Shown here: positions 29,473 through 42,482 of the stretch, in pieces
Layout: every line of letters starts with the position of its first letter
Position numbering within the stretch: position 1 is the stretch's first letter
DNA from: Klebsormidium nitens
Lineage: Eukaryota; Plantae; Klebsormidiophyceae
Assembly: GCA_000708835.1 (NCBI GenBank)
Contig: DF236987.1
Location: 124,001 to 188,000 of the forward strand
Direction of reading: 5' to 3'
Length of the DNA stretch: 64,000 nt
Notes under the pieces: generated by a model
What the model was told of the DNA's origin: nothing
Database searches by the model: none
Seen by the model: only the letters and a program-made list of their open reading frames with translations
Position numbers and translations under genes: made by a program

Positions 29473-32400
29473 CTATTCGAGCGAAGGTCTATCGCAGCAG
29501 ATTTCTGAAATGGAAGTGCCATCCATTAGCGCTTTGGTGCAAGGCTCCAACCCGTTCGGATTTCGAATACTATCCCTCACTTCTTGTACGAAGCTCTTTG
29601 GGCAGAAGGAGGTCGGTACCGCAGGGAACGCTTTTGCGCAACTATACGCATACCCGGTACTCCATTCGTTGAAGCTTTCGAAATGGAGTGCGTTCGCTTC
29701 CTCTAGGGTCGACGCAACCCCACTGCTTTTGAACGAGCAAACGAACTCTAGCAGTACCGCAGTAATCACAGATTCTGAAGCAACCGGGGGGGCGTCACTT
29801 AGCGTAACCAGTGAAAAGAATACCCGCCCCGTCAAGGCTCGGCAGAGGTCTCCAAAAGCAGACGCAGCTTCAAGCTCTATATCGTCCCCTCGCAAAGTGA
29901 CGGGAATGAAGATTTGCTTGCCGGGTCGTCGTCTTTCCCATTCTGCGGAAGAGGCAAACATGGAGAGTCTAGGTTGAGAACAATATGTCAGATGTCTCAG
30001 CAGAACATCTGGATGGGAGTACGCAGGAAAAAGACCTTCCACAATCCGTTAAAAGATCAACATGGCATCTTCGTTCGTCATACAGTGAATACCGTTGGAC
30101 TAAATGTCGGCAGGTATAGAAAGATGATTCTGGATCTCATCAAGCGGCAAATCCTGGAGATCTATACCGTTGAGAAGCCGAAAACGCCCACCGGCATACC
30201 CACCACAAACTCCCATTCAATCCTCACAGCACCAGGAACGAAACATCCAATAGAAAGAAGACCCTTGTATTTCACACTCGAACCCCTGACTGCGTTGAAC
30301 GTCTTACCCGTGTTCTCCAGGAAAAACTCCCAACTCTATCTCCCACAGCACCAACAACAAACATGCTGTAAATGGACAAATCCGATACCGTACACCGAAA
30401 CCCCTGAATACGTCGAAACTTCTTCCCCGGCCCCTCCACCAGAAACTCCCGCTCAGTGCCCTCAGCACCAACAACAAACTTCTTCCTACAAGAAGTTTGT
30501 TCCATTCTGCTACCAAACACCAATGCGTTGGATTTTCTTACCCGTGTCCTCCACCAGAAAATTTCCCACTCACTTCCCCTCAGCACCAATGACAAACATC
30601 CCAGAGAAAAAGACCCACGCAATCACACCCAAACTTTGAACGCAGTCAAACTGCTTACCGGTGCCCTCCACCAGAAACTCCCCCTCAGTCCCCTCAGCAC
30701 CAACAACAAACATCCTGTAGAAAGAACATTCTGCTACCAATGCGTCGGATTTCCTTACCCGTGTCCTCCACCAGAAAGTTTCCCACTCACTTTCCCTCAG
30801 CACCAATGACAAACATCCCAGAGAAAAAGACCTACGCAATCACACCCAAACTGTGAACGCAGTCAAACTGCTTACCGGTGCCCTCCACCAGAAACTCCCC
30901 CTCAGTCCCCTCAGCACCAACAACAAACATCCTGTAGAAAGAACATTCTGCTACCAATGCGTCGGATTTCCTTACCCGTGTCCTCCACCAGAAAGTTTCC
31001 CACTCACTTTCCCTCAGCACCAATGACAAACATCCCAGAGAGAACGACCCATGCAATCACACCCAGACTCTGAACGCATTCAAAATCCTTACCCGTATCC
31101 TCCACCAGAAACTCCCGTTCCGCCTCCCACAACACCTTCCCCGTCTTGGTCCTCAGCACCAGATGCCCGTCGTTCCCCAGCGCCATGTGCGCCGCCTTTT
31201 TCGGCTCTTGCACCGTGCCCGTCGCGTGCTTCACCGACCCGTCGAACGCGTACGCGACCAGATTGCCGTCGCCCTGTTGCAAAGTTTTCGAGATTTAAGG
31301 ATTCTTAGCATTCGGGGGTTGGGTGTTCTCAGGTTTCGGGGCTTCTGGGTCAAGAGGTTTTAGCTTTCCGGTTCATCACTTGAGGTGAAGTGTTGACAAC
31401 TTACAAATGGAAAGCCGTGGGGATAATAAGATTGCCAGCCGGAACGGGTAGGGCTACATTGGGAATTCAAGGTGGGTTAAGGTGTGAGGCAGGTGAATCC
31501 GCGGGTTAAACATCAACTTACTTCCGAGTTCACTCGTTCTAAAAAGTCACGTCGTCTGCAGGCGACCGCCCAGTCGACAAGGAGTCAGAGGACCGAACAA
31601 ATGGCGGGATTCGGAACCGTAGAACCGAGAGCGTGGTATCCTTAGTTGCTTCTAAAGGTTCACTTGACACACCCTCTGGACGACCATGTCGCTTGCAATG
31701 TGGGCGTTCCACGTCTTACATCTCAAGTCGATTCTCAAGTTGATTCTTGACGTCCATCAGGAAACAATGCGAAGAAGAATCGAGTCATTCACGCGCCTGG
31801 GTTTGTTGTCTTTGGTGGACGGGTCGTCGTGTATGGGTCATCACCAGAGGGGCTTCGTAGGTGAGATTTGGCGAATTTCACATATTTCAAAGTTCAGAGT
31901 TTGAAATTTCGGGCTTTTGACCTGCCTGGAACTCGATGTAGTTGATGGACATGTCGTTGCACATTGGCCACCGCCAGATGGGCTCAGAGGGCGGGTTTTG
32001 GGGTTATAAGATTAGGATTGAAGGGTTTAGCTTGTCCGGAAGTCAAAATAATGGACGAGTCATAGTAAATGGGCCACAACCAGGAGGATTTGAAGGGCGG
32101 GGACCGAGCATTCCACCCTTGCGAGATTTGAAGTTTTAGGGTGTCCACTTGCCTGGAACTCGATGTAGTTGATGGAGGGATCGTCGCACATGGGCCACCT
32201 CCAGATGGGCTTGAAGGGTGTCGTCATGGTGTGCATCACGCACTCCCGGTTCTTCTGCATGATGAACATGTACTGGAAGTTGGGCGACACCAGCCGGTCG
32301 CCCCCGCCGATCGTCAGCCGCTTCTGGTCGAACACCTGGCGGCCTGCAAAAGCAAGATAACCGGGTTTTCACAGGAGGCGGAGACGACAGGCGCTTTTAC

Positions 32401-35400
32401 AAGCAATAAAAAAAACAGGGACTTTTCGCGGGGGTTTAAACCACACCAGCCCATCGCCCCCGCCAATCGTCAGCCGCTTCCGGTCGAACACCTGGCGGCC
32501 TGTGAGACAGGACAACCCGGTTTTCACGGAGGGGTTTGACTTAAAGGTTGGTCATTGTTCATAGGGTTTTCACGAAGAGTTGGCCGACACCAGCCAGTCG
32601 CCTCCGCCGATTGTCAGCCGCTCTCTGGTCAAAAATCTGGCGGCTTGCAGAGCAAGATAAGCGGGTTGTCGCGGGAGGGTTAGAAGTAAGAGGTCTATCT
32701 CGAATTCAATGATAACAAGGTTTTCAAGAAGTTTGGGCGGTTCGGGTCGCTGAACCCCGCCGATCATCAGCCGCTTGTGGTCGAACACCTGGCGGCCTGC
32801 AGGGCAGGAATCAACCGGGTTCTCAGGGGGTTTAGCGATAACAGGTATATCACGAGGTTTGGAGATAACAAGATATTTATGAGAAGTAGCGACTTCAGCG
32901 GGTTGCTCCCACCAAACATCAGCCGCTCTTGGTCGAACACCTGCCGACCTGCAAGGCAGAATAACCAAGTTTTTGCCGGGGTTCGTAGATGACAAAGTTT
33001 TCGCGGTATGAGGAATAAAGATCAGCAGGCTTTTTACGGGGAAAAAGAGGTGACAGGGTTTTCACGGGGGTTTGAAGAGGACAGGTCTTCCCCGGTGCTT
33101 CCGAAGATTCGTGCCCTCAAAAGTACTCTGCAACTTCCGGACTGGTCGAGAGGTGCCACCAATGGGGTCAGGCATATTCTGGCTGCACACTTGGCGACCT
33201 GCAAGGAGGTGGATCAAGGTCTCAAAGTTCCTGAGTCGTCGACAGAGCTGGGTACCATATTAAGGTTCCGACCCTCTCCAGATTGGGGAGACGTTAACTC
33301 GCGCAACTGGTCGAGGAGCGGCGTGTGATCGCCAAAAAAAAAGAGCGGAAACTTCAGTTCTGCTCACAAGACGAATTTTGACGACCGGCAAACCCGACAA
33401 AGCCCGAAGCGCAAGAGCAGAAAGAGAAGCATTTGCGACAGCTCTCTACTTCACACCCGATCTTCGACCTCCTAACCCGACTGCTCTTCACACAATCTCA
33501 TCTTGTGAATGTTGTAAACGCGTCAAGCAATCATTACACACTTGCGTTGTCACGCAATGGGCACACAAAAAGACATCCAACTGACGAAACAATTCGTTCA
33601 GCCTCAGCAAGATAGTAAACGAGCAATTATCCGCTTCCGCAAGCAAAAGCTCGTTAGACAGTCTCAGTTTTAATCAATTTAAACCTAGGTATCAACTTCT
33701 CAGAAGTACGGCACTGATGGGACTATCGAAAGCGTGCTTCTGTTTGTACATTCAATCATAATCCTACGCTCCTTGGAAACACTGGCTCTCAAAGGTATGG
33801 CGAATGAAGACTTTAGGAGGGCTGAAAGCGGGTCTCGAAAGGAATTCTGCCAGTCCTGACGGAAAACAGCCCACCTGCGCTGTTGAAGTAATACATGCTC
33901 TGCCCAGGATCCGTATTTCGAGACGGGTACGCATCTGCGAAACACAGCACGATCGATATATGAAGCAAGCTGATATGGTTGCAACGCCTGCTCATGCGGG
34001 TCCAAGTCTGTTCCGCCAAAGTCTCGGCTCATGAGGAGCCCTTTGATCGAGAGTGTCTTGCAGAAGAACTGACCCTGAGAAGGGGGTGCAAACCCGGTTT
34101 GCGAGAAAGAGCGAAAGCACACCAATGTGCCTCGATTCCGTACTCCAGATCCTTAGTCCCCAGCTCCTACGTCCAGACCGGAAATAACCGACCTTTTGAG
34201 ATATGAGTTCAACTGCAAAGACTTCTCGAAACACCCTGCCCTTCGTTGTTGCCCCGTTTCCTGTACCTATCCTAGGTATCCCCAAACTTTGCAACCATCG
34301 TGATGCCAGAATGCGCTCTTAGTCTCCACCTGCTTCAATCAGGCACACTCTGGTTTCCTTGACCGACAACCCTTGCAGGTAAACCCTTGATTCAGTATTC
34401 AGCTTCTAAAGATTTTCTAGGCACCGCAAGTGGGGCGAGCCTGTAATTGCCAGCACCCCCGGGACCTGCTGTAGTAGGCGCTCCATATCTTTTGCCACAC
34501 ACCAAAATAAAGCGGCTTGTGATCTGTGCCAGCAAACAAAGAAGGAAAGCGTCCGAACGCTACATGCAACCTATAGGATATGGTTAATCATAACACTCCG
34601 CAATCCCGCAACCCCTACTTGCTTTGTTTCGACACTCAGCTGCCGTGGCCTGAGAACCTCATCGGTGCCCCTGATTAAAAAAATTCTAACTTTGCAAAGA
34701 CCGTCAGTGTGAAAAGGAGTACCCTGCTTCGGTTAGGCACTCCGCTGCCTGGCCGCGCGTCAATGGATAACCCTAGATTCAACAATCCTAGACACACACT
34801 CGCTATCAAAGTGTAAATTTGACGAACCCGTTTCGCTAACCTGCTTCGGTTAGGCACTCCGCTGCTTTGGCCCACAGCCCCCCGGGGATCCCCCTAAACC
34901 CAGCACTCGTAGACACCCAAAAACCGTCATACGGTGAGATTGGTTAAGCCCTTTCACTAACCTGCTTCGCTTCGGCACTTCATTAACTGACCCACGTCCC
35001 CCGGGGATAACCCTAAACCCTATAACTTCAGGCATCCAGAAATTGTCCAGATTGACAACAAAACCGTTTCGCTAACCTGCTTCGGTTAGGCACTCCGGTG
35101 CCCTGGCCCACGGACCCCGGGGATACACCGTCACGCCCTGACTATTCTCCTCGTATTTCCCGATGAGCGCCGCCTCGCGGATGCTCTCGTGGTGGATCGG
35201 CGCGCACGTGACCTGGCGGGGCACCGTCAACTTAAGCCCCCGCAGGTGTCGCAACGTGTCCCGCACGAACTGCATCGGATGACAACATCGGGATTCAGAA
35301 ATGTAGGGGTTTTGGGCATCGACGCGATCAATGTTTTCCTCGATCATCATTGCTTACTCTTTGCATGGCGGAAGCGCCGTNNNNNNNNNNNNNNNNNNNN

Positions 35401-38400
35401 CCGTTCTTATTTGGAATTTTGGGGTGTCGAGGCGATCAATCTTTTCCTCGGAAGAGATACTCTTTGTAGGAGGGAGCGCCGTCAACTTGAGGCCCCACAG
35501 GTATCGCAACTGTCCGGCACAAATTGCATAATACAAAAGCGGGAAAGTGTCGATACGGCCGTTCGTATGTCGAGGGACCCAAAACCCTATCAAGATTATC
35601 CGAGTGGTGTCGTGCGGGTTGAGGAGGACTTTCTATAAAAGGAGGAACAAGGGCGGGGGGCGCCTACTTCGACGCCCGGAAGTGTCGCAACGTATCCCGC
35701 ACGAATTGCATCAGAAAACAGCATGATGTATTTGAGTTTTAGGGTGTCAACGCAATCCATTTCCTTTCGGCATCGACAATCATTTGCAGCTGCTTCTGCA
35801 TGTGACGGATGAGCTTCAGCGAAACGAGATTGAGGCTAGGGGGCCCCGTTGAAGCTGGCGCAATTCGTGTCAAAGAAACGGATGGGGAGACAACAAGGTT
35901 TACTGGTTCCTCCTGTATTGAAAGAATCAAAAGTCGTTTCGGGGTGAACTCGTCCGGACTAGAGTGAACAGGGAATGAGATGTCGGTGTGGTAAGCCGAT
36001 CCCCTCCTGCATTGAAGACACCTGTTTTTCTTGTTGCTTCATTTCTACGTTTTGAGAAATCCAAGTCAATGGATAAACGACATCACTGATTCTCCCTTTT
36101 CCAGAAACAATCCCGCCCGTAACCCATCTAGCTTACACTCGAGTAGCGGTCCAACAACCTGGATGACTGCCCTTCCACCAAGTTATGTCTCGAGTCCGAT
36201 GAGTAACCGTCAGCCAATCATGGTGGGAGCAACAGCGCATTTTATCTGCAGAGACTCTAAAAAGCAAAGGAGTCTGAGACGCCGTACCGACATGTCCATA
36301 TCCGGGAGCTTGCGCCAGGGGCTGGGTTGGATTCCGACGTCGAACGGAGCCTCCTTGAAATGCGAGGGCAGCTTTTTCGACCGCGCGAGAACGACGTCTT
36401 CCCATGCGGGCTCGTCGACGCCGATGACGACCCGCGGGTCCATGACGATGCGCGTGTCGTTCCCGTACGCGCGCCAAATGTCTTTGCACAAGAAACTGTC
36501 GAGAAAAGAAGCGTGAATAAGTCAAGTGTCCAGCCAGAAGCGCTTCTAGCTTCATAATAACAAGTTTTCCGAGATTTCTGCGAAGGTGCTTAACTTTTAC
36601 TGAACAGAGCAAAGCATTCTATTTTCTATACGGACTGGACGGTCTTGCGCTTGAGAGCGGTTCACAGATTGATCCGAGGGAAAGAACTAAGGGTGGAAGT
36701 CTCTTGGTTCCTATTTGACGAAGTCCACCGGCGCAAGGGATACTCTGAGCCGGCTTTTGGCAATTAAGTGCACAATCGAAAGCATCCTACTCCGTTTTCC
36801 TTGACACGTCGGGACAAGCGAACACGTGGAACAACGTGTGCTAAGCCCAATCGCAGCGGTCCAAACGGCTCTGCACGATCGGAAGATCGGAAATTCAGAA
36901 GCTCTGTCCATGTAATGACACGGCCTGATGTTGGATCAGTTTGAAATATTCGTAGACCCAACCTTGAGATTACGCCCTCTCATTAGACATGACCTTGATT
37001 CGACAACACGGTCAGACAAAACTACCCTGTGCTGAATTAACAGCCAAACGCTTGCAAATGCTGAGAGGCTACGTGCATGAAGAGCCTCATCCAAGCCATT
37101 TGTCCCACCTTGGGACCCCAGGTCCCTCAGAATCTATTTCACCAAATTTCGGAGGCAGAGTCTCCCCCCAGTAAGAGTTTCGCCGCTCCCGCGAGTGCAA
37201 TTCAACAACACGACGACATATGCCTTCCGCACTGGTATGTTGAACATGTCTAAACCTGACAATGTGCTGCTCAGATTGGATCGGACCCTTACGAGCCGTC
37301 CCGGTTTGTCCGGAATGTTTCCACACTAGTTCCTGCAACGACATAAGGCGATTCACCTGTACTCGGAGGCCGCACACTCGCCCTCCCAGCCGCGGTTGCG
37401 GAACGTGATGCGCTTCTTGTAAAACACGTCCGCATCAATGTTGACGGCCCCGTGGCACGCGCAGAAGACGGGGAACGGCTTGCCCTCCGCAAACCTGGGG
37501 TTAGACAGCAGAGGAAGAGTTAGTACGGGGGATTCATGGTGGAGCGGAACTGGGGTTATAACCGCCGGGGTGAAGATTGATCGGATCAAAGTTTGATTCC
37601 GCTACATAAGGGTGGTGCTGGAACTAGACTAGGGACTGACCGGAAGGCCAGAAGCGGAGTTATATTCCAGTCCACAGCACCTCGGTGTCGAAGTGAAGCG
37701 AGTAACAATCATGTTGATGGATTGCATACGAATTGAGACATGAACAATTATTGCACCGACAGGGAACCGGGGCATTGCTGAGCGGGGATGCTGCTCCTGC
37801 CGCTTTTCGTCGCACTGATCCGCCCGACACATCCCATAAACCTCAAAAGTGAAAGAGGAAACCAAACGAACCAAAGCAATACAAAAGACAGGTGCAAAAT
37901 TAGCGACGAAAGACAACGCACCACTGGCGGAACTGCGGAATGTTGCTCAGCGGGAACTCGCGCCCCTGCTCCTTGCCGTTGACGTCCCGCCCCACCCACG
38001 TGTCATACACCTGCAGCCGGCGCGTCTTCTCTTCCTCGCGCAGTCCGATCGTGTCGACCGCGGTCACCATGTGGGCGTCGTGCATCAGAAGAAGCAGAAT
38101 GTCCTCCAGGCACAGGTACCCGTCGTTGAGGATCAGGACCCGGTCGAAGCGGGGATGCTGCAATGCGGGTGGGGGGACATTCCAAAGTAAATCACGGAAT
38201 ATGGTAGGTCGAGGAAGACATTTGGGAGAATCATAGCTTCGTTGGTTGTCGAGCATTGAGAGAAGCAGAGTGTACTTCAAGCACAAGTATCCGTCGCTGG
38301 GATCAGGACCCGGTCGAAGCGGGGATGCTGCAAAGGCGGGGTGGGGGGCTTTAGAGAGTGACGGGATGGAAGCCTTGAGGGGTGGGGTTGAGGACAGTCG

Positions 38401-41400
38401 AGGATTTAAAGCGTACTGGTTGTCAAGCATTTAGCAGAATGTCATTCCAGGCACAGGTAACCCGTAGAAGCGGGGATGCTGCAAAGGCGGGTTGGGGGAA
38501 AAGGTAGCTCAAAGGAGAGATTGTGGAGTGTTGAAGAATCAAAGCTCGATTAGTTGTCGAGTATTAGGAGAAGCAGAATGTCCTCCAGGCACAAGTAACT
38601 GTCGTTGAGGATCAGGACCCGGTCGAAGCGGGGATGCTGCAAACGCGGGTTGGGGGACTTTGAAGAAAGTCAAAGAACATGGTAGCTCGAGAGATTTTGA
38701 AGGGTTCAAGAATCAAAGCTTGACAAGTTGTCGAGCATTAGAAAAAGCAGAACATCTCCAGGCACAGGTAACCGTCGTTTGGGAATAGAACCCGGTCGAA
38801 GCGGGGATACTGCAAAGCAAGTTGCGGGGCATTTCAAAAAGTAACGGGATAGAGACCTCGAGGAGGAGAGTAAAGAACACTAGGAGAAGATAGAGCAGGA
38901 TCAGCTGTCGAGCATTACAAGAAGCAGATTGTCCTGGAGGCACAAGTAACAGTCGTAAGGATCGAGACCCGGTCGAAGCGGGGATCTGCAAAGGCGGGTG
39001 GCGGAAACTTTGCAGAGAGTTAGTGGATACGGAGGATATCTCTAGGGGGAAATGGAAAACACCAGAAACGATTGAATGGTCCATTTGTCGCACATGAGGA
39101 GAGGTAGGATAAACTACAGGCACAACCAGCGGTCGCTGAGGTTGCCGACGACTGCAGAAAGATAATCACAGAAGCTTCACAGGAAATCACGGAGTCGAAT
39201 TTCTATTGAGGTAATTCCGAGCCCCGCTAGCAGCTTTGTGCAATAAGACCAAAGGAACGCAGCAGGACGCTGCTAGCTGGAGAGGACAATCAGAGATTTT
39301 CCTCTGGGGAACGAGGGTTTAAGGGAACCATGTCCAAGTTACTGGCCTTGCAACAGGACAAGAAGAATAGTTTTTGGTGATGAAGTAGCCGTTGCTCAGA
39401 TTGACGACCCGTTTGAAGAGAGATTCTTGAGGCGAAGAAGTCGGACTTTTCGAGACAACGGGTTCCATAGCAGCTACAATCGTCGTTCACAATGACGACG
39501 CGGTCATGGAGGGGCTCTATGAAGTGCCGCTGGATTGAAGAGCGAAGGCGGAACTGAGATTGCAAGTGGTTACACTCTGATGGCCCGCCAAGGTGGCCAC
39601 CGCTAGCTGACCGGTTTAGTGAAAACTTCCTACTAACCGTGATTAGATCTTGGGAGGGTCTGGGACAGGAAGGGACACATGCTTTCTGGGGCGTAGCATG
39701 GCTGTGCGGTCGAAACAAGGCGTCGCAGCCCTTGAAGAACAGCCACTAGAAAGCCAAGATTAAGCAGCCCAGGCGTAGAAGATCTCGGACGAAAGTCAGG
39801 GCACTCAAAGAGGGTACAACACTCATCGAACATGACTGTGAAATTCGGAGTCAAGCACGCACCGGTCGCGGTGCCCCGTCGTCCTTCGCCCACGCGAACG
39901 AAAGCGCGTGCACCGCCTTCTCGGACGCGTACCCTCGCACGTCCTCCAGCCTCGCGCCCTTGCTCTCCCACCCCTTCTGCTGCACATTGCCCGCAGCCAA
40001 CATGCGCCCCAGACTCGTGGTGACGACAAGCTTCGTCACCTCATTACCCCCAGCCCCCGCCACCGACACGACGACCTCCTTCGGTTTCAAGATGAGCGCA
40101 AATAGCTCCCCAAGGGGGGATCCAACCCGACCCTTGCGGACCCCCCCAAAGCTGAATTGGATGCCGTAGATTTTGGACTCGGACGCGTAGACCTCGATCG
40201 CTGAGAGCGGTTCGCAGCAACCATGCCCGTGGTAGTACTTGCCGGCGTTATGGTTGCCGAACGGACCGTGCCAGATCTGCACGTAAACCAAGCAAACGGC
40301 GGTCAGTGGCAGAAATCTTGTGGCGAGCCTGTACTGAGAAGAAGCGGATCCTAAAGAGGCCATTCAGATTGCCCTTGCACTCGAATGTCCAGAATTCTAA
40401 TAGTACCGAGATTGATTTTTGTCCAGGCGCAGGGCAAGCAAAACGGTTCGTGCTGTCGAACGGAAATGGATGCCCTTCAGGACTTGAGGTTCTTTGAGGC
40501 GGGCGCCAGATGCTTCGCTGAGCACACTCTCGCTGAGCCCCTAGTCTCCTCGGTTATGCTTGACGAGCTCTGACAACCTCCGAGCTGACCTATGTACCTG
40601 TTCGGCAAGTCTTGCATTCCCCGCATAGGCGCGTGCTCACCTCGTGCAGAAGGGGCGCCAGCGCAGTGTTCCGCGCGTTTGCCAGGAAGTCAATCCGCGT
40701 CTGGTCCGCTCGCTTCCCGACGCCGTTGGTCAGGATCATGTTCGGGATCTGCAGGAGGCGTAGCTCCTCTTTGAACGTCTGCAGTTTTTGGGGGGTGCTG
40801 TCGGAGGACCCCGACTCGTAGATGGAGATGTACAACCGGGAGGGGCCTAGGTAGTCGGCGAGAAGAAGGAGCTCGCCACGGAGGTGGTCGAACACTGCAG
40901 AGAGGGAAAAAGTTCCAATCAAGTCATCCTTTGTGTATCGTGCATAGAATGTGCGGCACTGGCACTAACGACTTCCAGGTCATAACATTTTGCTGGTTTG
41001 AAATCGTGACCTCTTGCTGCTTTTTCAAATGAAGCTGGACAAGTAGATCTGCGGTGCCCCAGATAGTTGGTGAGCAGAAAGGAGCTCGCCGCATAGCCGG
41101 TTGAATACTGCGGAGATGGAAGTTTTGTAAGTCCGCAGAGAATTTGCGGCGCATTTCACTAACGACTTTTCAGACATGAACTTGAATCAATCCTGAATCG
41201 AAAAGGGACATCTCCGATTGGAAGGGCCGCAGGTAGTCGACAAGAAGGAACTCACCGTACACGTGGTCAAGGTGCGGAGATGGGAAGATTCAAATGTCTT
41301 ATTGGACGAGGACGCGTTCAGCTGAGATTAGCTGCTCGCTGTCTGGGTGGTCTTAAATTCGAAACGGCATCCAGGTTCAAATCAGTACAAGTAGTTGACC

Positions 41401-42482
41401 ACTTGACTGACGTCGACTCTGATACTTTCAGTGCAAGACCGAGAAAAGGTCTAGCTAAGAGTGCGCGGGTCAAAATCTTGTTCCAGTGAATGGTCGAAAA
41501 GTATTGAAAGGTTCAGCACCTGGTGCCAAAGACTGAGTAGAATCGAGCTCTGAAGCTGAACTTGGCTGGCCGCACAAGTGCAGAGGTGGGGGCACAAGGG
41601 CAAAGGTGCGTGTTGGCGCATACCCAGGCGTTGCTGACAGTCAAGCCCAGTGACAGCAGAATCTGATGAGTCAGGTAACAACAACTTGGACAGAAACGCG
41701 TCTGTAGACTTTCTGAATTGCCCTAGTCTTTCAAAGGACCAAGAGACTAAGCAGATCATTGAGACAAACAGGGGAAGATGCAAGTCAGCTCAAAGCTGGA
41801 GACAGTAGACTACTGCAGAAGTTTGGAATGATTAGCCTACAATTCAAGTCAATCTATTTCACACGCCGTCAGGAAAAAGCAAGGACCAATCATGGGGACT
41901 GCCTATGATATGACCAATGGAAACAAAACTGCGATCCAAATCAAGAAACGTTCAATACTATATTAAAGATTGACGTAGTTATGCATACCGGTGTCCCCTC
42001 CTGAGGGCATCTTCTGGGCCAATAGTACCTCTTCCAAGTTTCTGATGTGAATCCTTGCAATTGCTTGATTCTGCTTTGCGGTGTGATGCACGCACAGAAC
42101 GTCACTTGGAAAGTGAAAGGCTTCAAAGTGCTGACATCATACACTTCAGCATTTTAACGTGCAGAAAGTGTTGCGTACCTTGCTCGTTGTTTTTCAGGTT
42201 CATCGCAAGAAAGATTCGCTTTTTCGCCAGCTTCACGTGGGCCACTCTGTCGATGCCCTCCGCCCAGTGCTCTGCACACGCCTCCCTGGTCCATCTCCTA
42301 TCCCCCGGCAAGGCTCTTATTGTCTCCCTTCGTAAGGCCTTGCTAGCCGAACATGTTTCCAACTCTTCAGAAACTAGACTATGTATGTCACCACTCCTGT
42401 GGAAATGGGACAGGGCCATGGAGCTCAAGCCTACCAAAAGGACGGCGCAGGAGAGAAGCATCAGGGCGCAAGACTTGAACAT
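29473..42482 (-). CDS. GT69 / CAP59-like (cryptococcal mannosyltransferase 1-like) glycosyltransferase with inserted jacalin-like domain and bulb-type lectin domain, about 862 aa
   Basis: Exons: 42179-42482, 40641-40894, 39863-40276 (jacalin-like), 37922-38157, 37357-37494, 36288-36495, 35077-35269, 32153-32343 (GC donor), 31093-31273, and probable last exon 29473-29942 (strong acceptor TGTTTGCCTCTTCCGCAG, correct phase). N-terminal hydrophobic anchor. CAP59-type motifs IFLAMNLKNNE, YISIYESGSSDST, RIDFLANARNTALAPL, FDRVLILND, YDTWVGRDVNG, PFPVFCACHG, FRNRGWEGECAASE, LCKDIW. B-lectin motifs LVSPNFQYMFIMQ, EFQGDGNLVAY, LGNDGHLVLRT, VLWE. Confidence 0.85.
30300..31090 (-). repeat. Tandem copies of the 3' end plus donor of the bulb-lectin exon
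   Basis: About 7 copies of TTTCTGGTGGAGG(A/G)CAC(G/C)G|GTAAG-like sequence spaced about 100-117 bp, including a near-perfect 217-bp higher-order duplication. Confidence 0.9.
32390..33210 (-). repeat. Tandem copies of GT69 exon 8 acceptor plus exon 5' end
   Basis: About 5 copies of CAG|GCCGCCAGGTGTTCGACC, near 32484, 32628, 32780, 32933 and 33185. Confidence 0.85.
34700..35740 (-). repeat. Echo copies on both sides of GT69 exon 7; includes the 20-N gap
   Basis: Donor-side copies of GGAGTGCCTAACCGAAGCAG|G(T/G) at about 34725, 34840 and 34960. Acceptor-side copies of CAGTTCGTGCGGGACACGTTGCGAC at about 35500 and 35690. Ns at 35381-35400. Confidence 0.8.
35381..35400. other. Assembly gap (20 N)
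   Basis: Run of n characters. Confidence 1.
38200..39150 (-). repeat. Tandem copies of GT69 exon 4 acceptor plus exon 5' end
   Basis: About 5-6 copies of TTTGCAG|CATCCCCGCTTC(G)ACCGGGTC at roughly 150-180 bp spacing. Confidence 0.88.

Noticed and set aside
29914-30839. Long ORFs in the track over the repeat array (241, 117, 116 and 89 aa)
   Set aside because: They arise from low-complexity echo repeats in an intron of the GT69 gene.
35381-35400. Idea that all echo arrays are assembly artefacts, prompted by the N gap inside one array
   Set aside because: Most copies are clearly diverged from each other and from the live exon, which mis-assembly would not produce. Only local copy number near the gap is uncertain.
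38200-39150. Regularly spaced repeats resembling a CRISPR array
   Set aside because: The units are copies of a splice acceptor and exon start, the intervening sequence is also homologous between units, the context is eukaryotic and there are no cas genes.
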